Source: Gammaproteobacteria bacterium
Lineage (GTDB): Bacteria > Pseudomonadota > Gammaproteobacteria > Burkholderiales > SG8-39
Reading direction: 5' to 3'
Length of the DNA: 62,213 nucleotides
Assembly: GCA_041499655.1 (NCBI GenBank)
Contig: JBGQKQ010000002.1
Coordinates: 1 to 62,213 of the forward strand
The translations under genes and the position numbers were made by a program. Under the pieces are notes generated by a model. The model ran no database searches, was not told the origin of the DNA, and saw only the letters and a list, made by a program, of their open reading frames with translations. Below, in pieces: positions 56,459 through 62,213 of the stretch. Position 1 is the first letter of the stretch. Each line of letters opens with the position of its first letter.

Positions 56459-58602
56459 GCTGCGGTGATCTTGGCGTACTCCAACGCCAACCACTTCATG
56501 CCTTGTTTCCCAAAGTTGATCTGCAATCTGGCGTCGTTCCCCGAGCCCTCCGCATTGACGATCACGCCCTGGCCGAACTTGGGGTGCTGCACCGCCTGGC
56601 CGATGCGGAATCCATGGCCGGCTGACTTCGCTTTGAAGACCTTTTCGGGAGCCGGCTCCCATGCCTTGTCGTCGAAACGCCCGCGGCCTACAGCGGGCCT
56701 CATGACCGGACTGAGTCGCTTCACCACTTCCTGGGGAATCTCGTCGAGAAAGCGCGAGGCGACGTTGTAGCGCGTCTGCCCGTGGAGCATGCGTGTCTGC
56801 GCATAGCATAGGTAGAGACGCGTCCGCGCACGCGTGATCGCCACGTACATGAGACGGCGCTCCTCCTCCAGGCCGTCGTCCTCGAGCGCGCTCTGCTCGT
56901 GCGGGAAAAGGCCCTCTTCCAGACCGGTGACGAACACCGCAGCGAACTCCAGACCCTTCGCCGAGTGCACCGTCATCAGTTGCAGCGCGTCCGTCCCTTC
57001 GGCCGCCTGATTCTCGCCCGACTCGAGCGAGGCGTGCGCGAGGAACGCCGGGAGATCGTGCTCCTCGGCCTCGCTGACGAACGCGGCGGCCGCGTTCACC
57101 AGCTCGTTCAGGTTCTCGACGCGGTCGGCGCCGTCTCTTTCGGCTTTGTAATGCGCGACGAGGCCGCTCTTTTCCAGCATGACCTCGACCGTCTCAGGCA
57201 GCGGCAGTTCCTGCGTTTCGGCCTTGAGCGAGTCGGCGATGCGCACGAAGGATGCGATCGCCGCCCCGGCCTTGCCGGAGAGCGCGGCGGCAGCCTTGTA
57301 GAGACTGACCCCGCCCGCCTTCGCCGCATCCTGCAGCTGCTCCAGGGTCCGCGCTCCGACGCCGCGCGCGGGGAAATTCGCCACGCGCAGAAACGCCCCG
57401 TCGTCGTCGGGATTGGCGGCGAGGCGCAGATAGGCCAGCGCGTGCTTGATCTCCATGCGCTCGAAAAAGCGCAGGCCACCGTAGACCCGATAGGGCATGC
57501 CCGCCGAGAAAAGCGCATGCTCGATGATCCGCGATTGCGCGTTCGAGCGATACAGCACCCCGATGTCTGCGAGGCGCAGGCCGCCGCGCTTGAGCGACTG
57601 GACCTCTTCGGTGAGCCAGCTCGCCTCGTAGACGTCCGATTGCGCCTCGTAGATCCGCAACGGCTCGCCGTGGCCGGCGGAAGTCCACAGGTTCTTGCCG
57701 AGGCGCTTCTTGTTGTGCGCGATGAGCGCATTCGCGGCAGAGAGGATATTTCCCTGCGAGCGGTAGTTCTGCTCCAGCCGGATGACGTTCTCGACGCGGA
57801 AATCGCGCTCGAACTCGGCCATGTTGCCCACGTTCGCGCCGCGAAACCGGTAGATGCTCTGGTCGTCGTCGCCGACCGCGAACATGACGTTCTTGGGGCC
57901 CGCGAGCAGCTTCAGCCAGCGGTACTGCAGCCGGTTGGTGTCCTGGAACTCGTCGACCAGGATGTGCCGGAAGCGGCTGCGGTAGTGCTCGCGCAAGACC
58001 TCGTTCCTGGACAGGACCTCGTAGGTGCGCAGCAGCAGCTCCGCGAAATCGACCGCGCCTTCGCGCTGGCACTGCTCATCGTACGCCGCGTAGATCTCCG
58101 CGTAACGCCGCATGATCTCGTCGCCGATCTCGAGGTCCCGCGCTCGCTTGCCCTCTTCTTTCGCCGCGCTGATGAAATACTGCGCCTCGCGCGCCGGAAA
58201 CCGTTCTTCGTCGGCGTTCATGGCCTTGAGCACGCGCTTGATCGCGGCCTGCTGGTCCTGCGAATCGAGGATCTGGAATTGCTGCGGCAGGCCTGCGTCC
58301 CGGTGATGGGCGCGCAGGAAGCGGTTGCACAGCCCGTGAAAGGTGCCGACCCACATGCCGCGCGTGCTGATCGGGAGCATCGCGGAGATGCGCGTGAGCA
58401 TCTCCTTCGCCGCTTTGTTGGTGAAGGTCACGGCGAGAACGCCGCCGGGGCTCACGTTGCCCGTCTGGATCAGCCACGCGATTCGGGTGGTCAGTACGCG
58501 GGTTTTCCCGGAACCGGCTCCGGCAAGGATCAGCGCAGACTGATCCGGAAGGGTAACCGCGGCGAGCTGCTCGGGATTGAGATTCTCGAGAAGATTGTGC
58601 AT
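56455..58602 (-). CDS. uvrD: DNA helicase II
   Basis: 715 aa. LILAGAGSGKTRVLTTRIAWL, VDEFQDTN, LEQNYRS, TVHSAKGLEF, and the C-terminal KFGQGVIVNAEGSG...INFGKQGMKWL as in E. coli UvrD. Confidence 0.95.
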   Translation of the reverse strand: MHNLLENLNPEQLAAVTLPDQSALILAGAGSGKTRVLTTRIAWLIQTGNVSPGGVLAVTFTNKAAKEMLTRISAMLPISTRGMWVGTFHGLCNRFLRAHHRDAGLPQQFQILDSQDQQAAIKRVLKAMNADEERFPAREAQYFISAAKEEGKRARDLEIGDEIMRRYAEIYAAYDEQCQREGAVDFAELLLRTYEVLSRNEVLREHYRSRFRHILVDEFQDTNRLQYRWLKLLAGPKNVMFAVGDDDQSIYRFRGANVGNMAEFERDFRVENVIRLEQNYRSQGNILSAANALIAHNKKRLGKNLWTSAGHGEPLRIYEAQSDVYEASWLTEEVQSLKRGGLRLADIGVLYRSNAQSRIIEHALFSAGMPYRVYGGLRFFERMEIKHALAYLRLAANPDDDGAFLRVANFPARGVGARTLEQLQDAAKAGGVSLYKAAAALSGKAGAAIASFVRIADSLKAETQELPLPETVEVMLEKSGLVAHYKAERDGADRVENLNELVNAAAAFVSEAEEHDLPAFLAHASLESGENQAAEGTDALQLMTVHSAKGLEFAAVFVTGLEEGLFPHEQSALEDDGLEEERRLMYVAITRARTRLYLCYAQTRMLHGQTRYNVASRFLDEIPQEVVKRLSPVMRPAVGRGRFDDKAWEPAPEKVFKAKSAGHGFRIGQAVQHPKFGQGVIVNAEGSGNDARLQINFGKQGMKWLALEYAKITAA

Positions 58603-58665
58603 TCGGGCATTCGCGAATGCCCGATTTTACCGCAGGCGCCGCGCGGCGCAGTGCTTCGTGCCGCT

Positions 58666-62213
<3,548 letters not shown>

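Overview
This is a 62.2-kb chromosomal segment from a high-GC proteobacterium. A hand-counted housekeeping sample at 17281-17400 is 69% G+C. Gene content and synteny look betaproteobacterial (inference), based on the lpxL-lpxL/metK divergon, SAH-riboswitch-ahcY, cysB next to a cysI-DUF934-cysH-cysD-cysN-cobA operon, and a Bug-family binding protein. Most of the window is ordinary housekeeping: CobW-like GTPase, rlmI, split chrA pair, xerC, DUF484, dapF, two lipid A acyltransferases, metK, ahcY, the cys cluster, dsbB, a tetR-OMF-MFP-RND efflux operon, ttcA, a cytochrome b/Mo-oxidoreductase pair, GST, cca, slt, ilvA, uvrD and leuS. Two stretches differ in composition and are the interesting part. 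(1) An ~8-kb, minus-strand, three-gene insertion sits between metK and ahcY (8.9-17.0 kb). It encodes an MmeI-like single-chain restriction/N6-adenine-methylase enzyme (1158 aa) with a low-GC target-recognition segment, a 178-aa helical protein, and a 1231-aa tripartite P-loop NTPase (N-terminal unknown domain, STAND-like NTPase, ~700-aa HEAT-like repeats). I cannot match this gene set to any named multi-gene defence system, so it is my best candidate for an undescribed defence module. (2) A ~1.5-kb islet (45.25-46.76 kb) carries brnT/brnA, a winged-helix plus PD-(D/E)xK-like protein, and an unannotated 25-aa hydrophobic ORF with a strong Shine-Dalgarno. Other points of note are a SAH riboswitch upstream of ahcY, a clear TetR promoter with twin operators, and a Cro/YdaS-type HTH fused in frame to a class-V aminotransferase, with an operator-like inverted repeat in an apparently leaderless promoter. 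I recognised no rRNA, tRNA, CRISPR array, transposase or phage integrase. Many long ORFs in the supplied track are antisense or out-of-frame shadows typical of high-GC DNA and were rejected. All homology statements come from motif and family recognition by eye; no database search was run.
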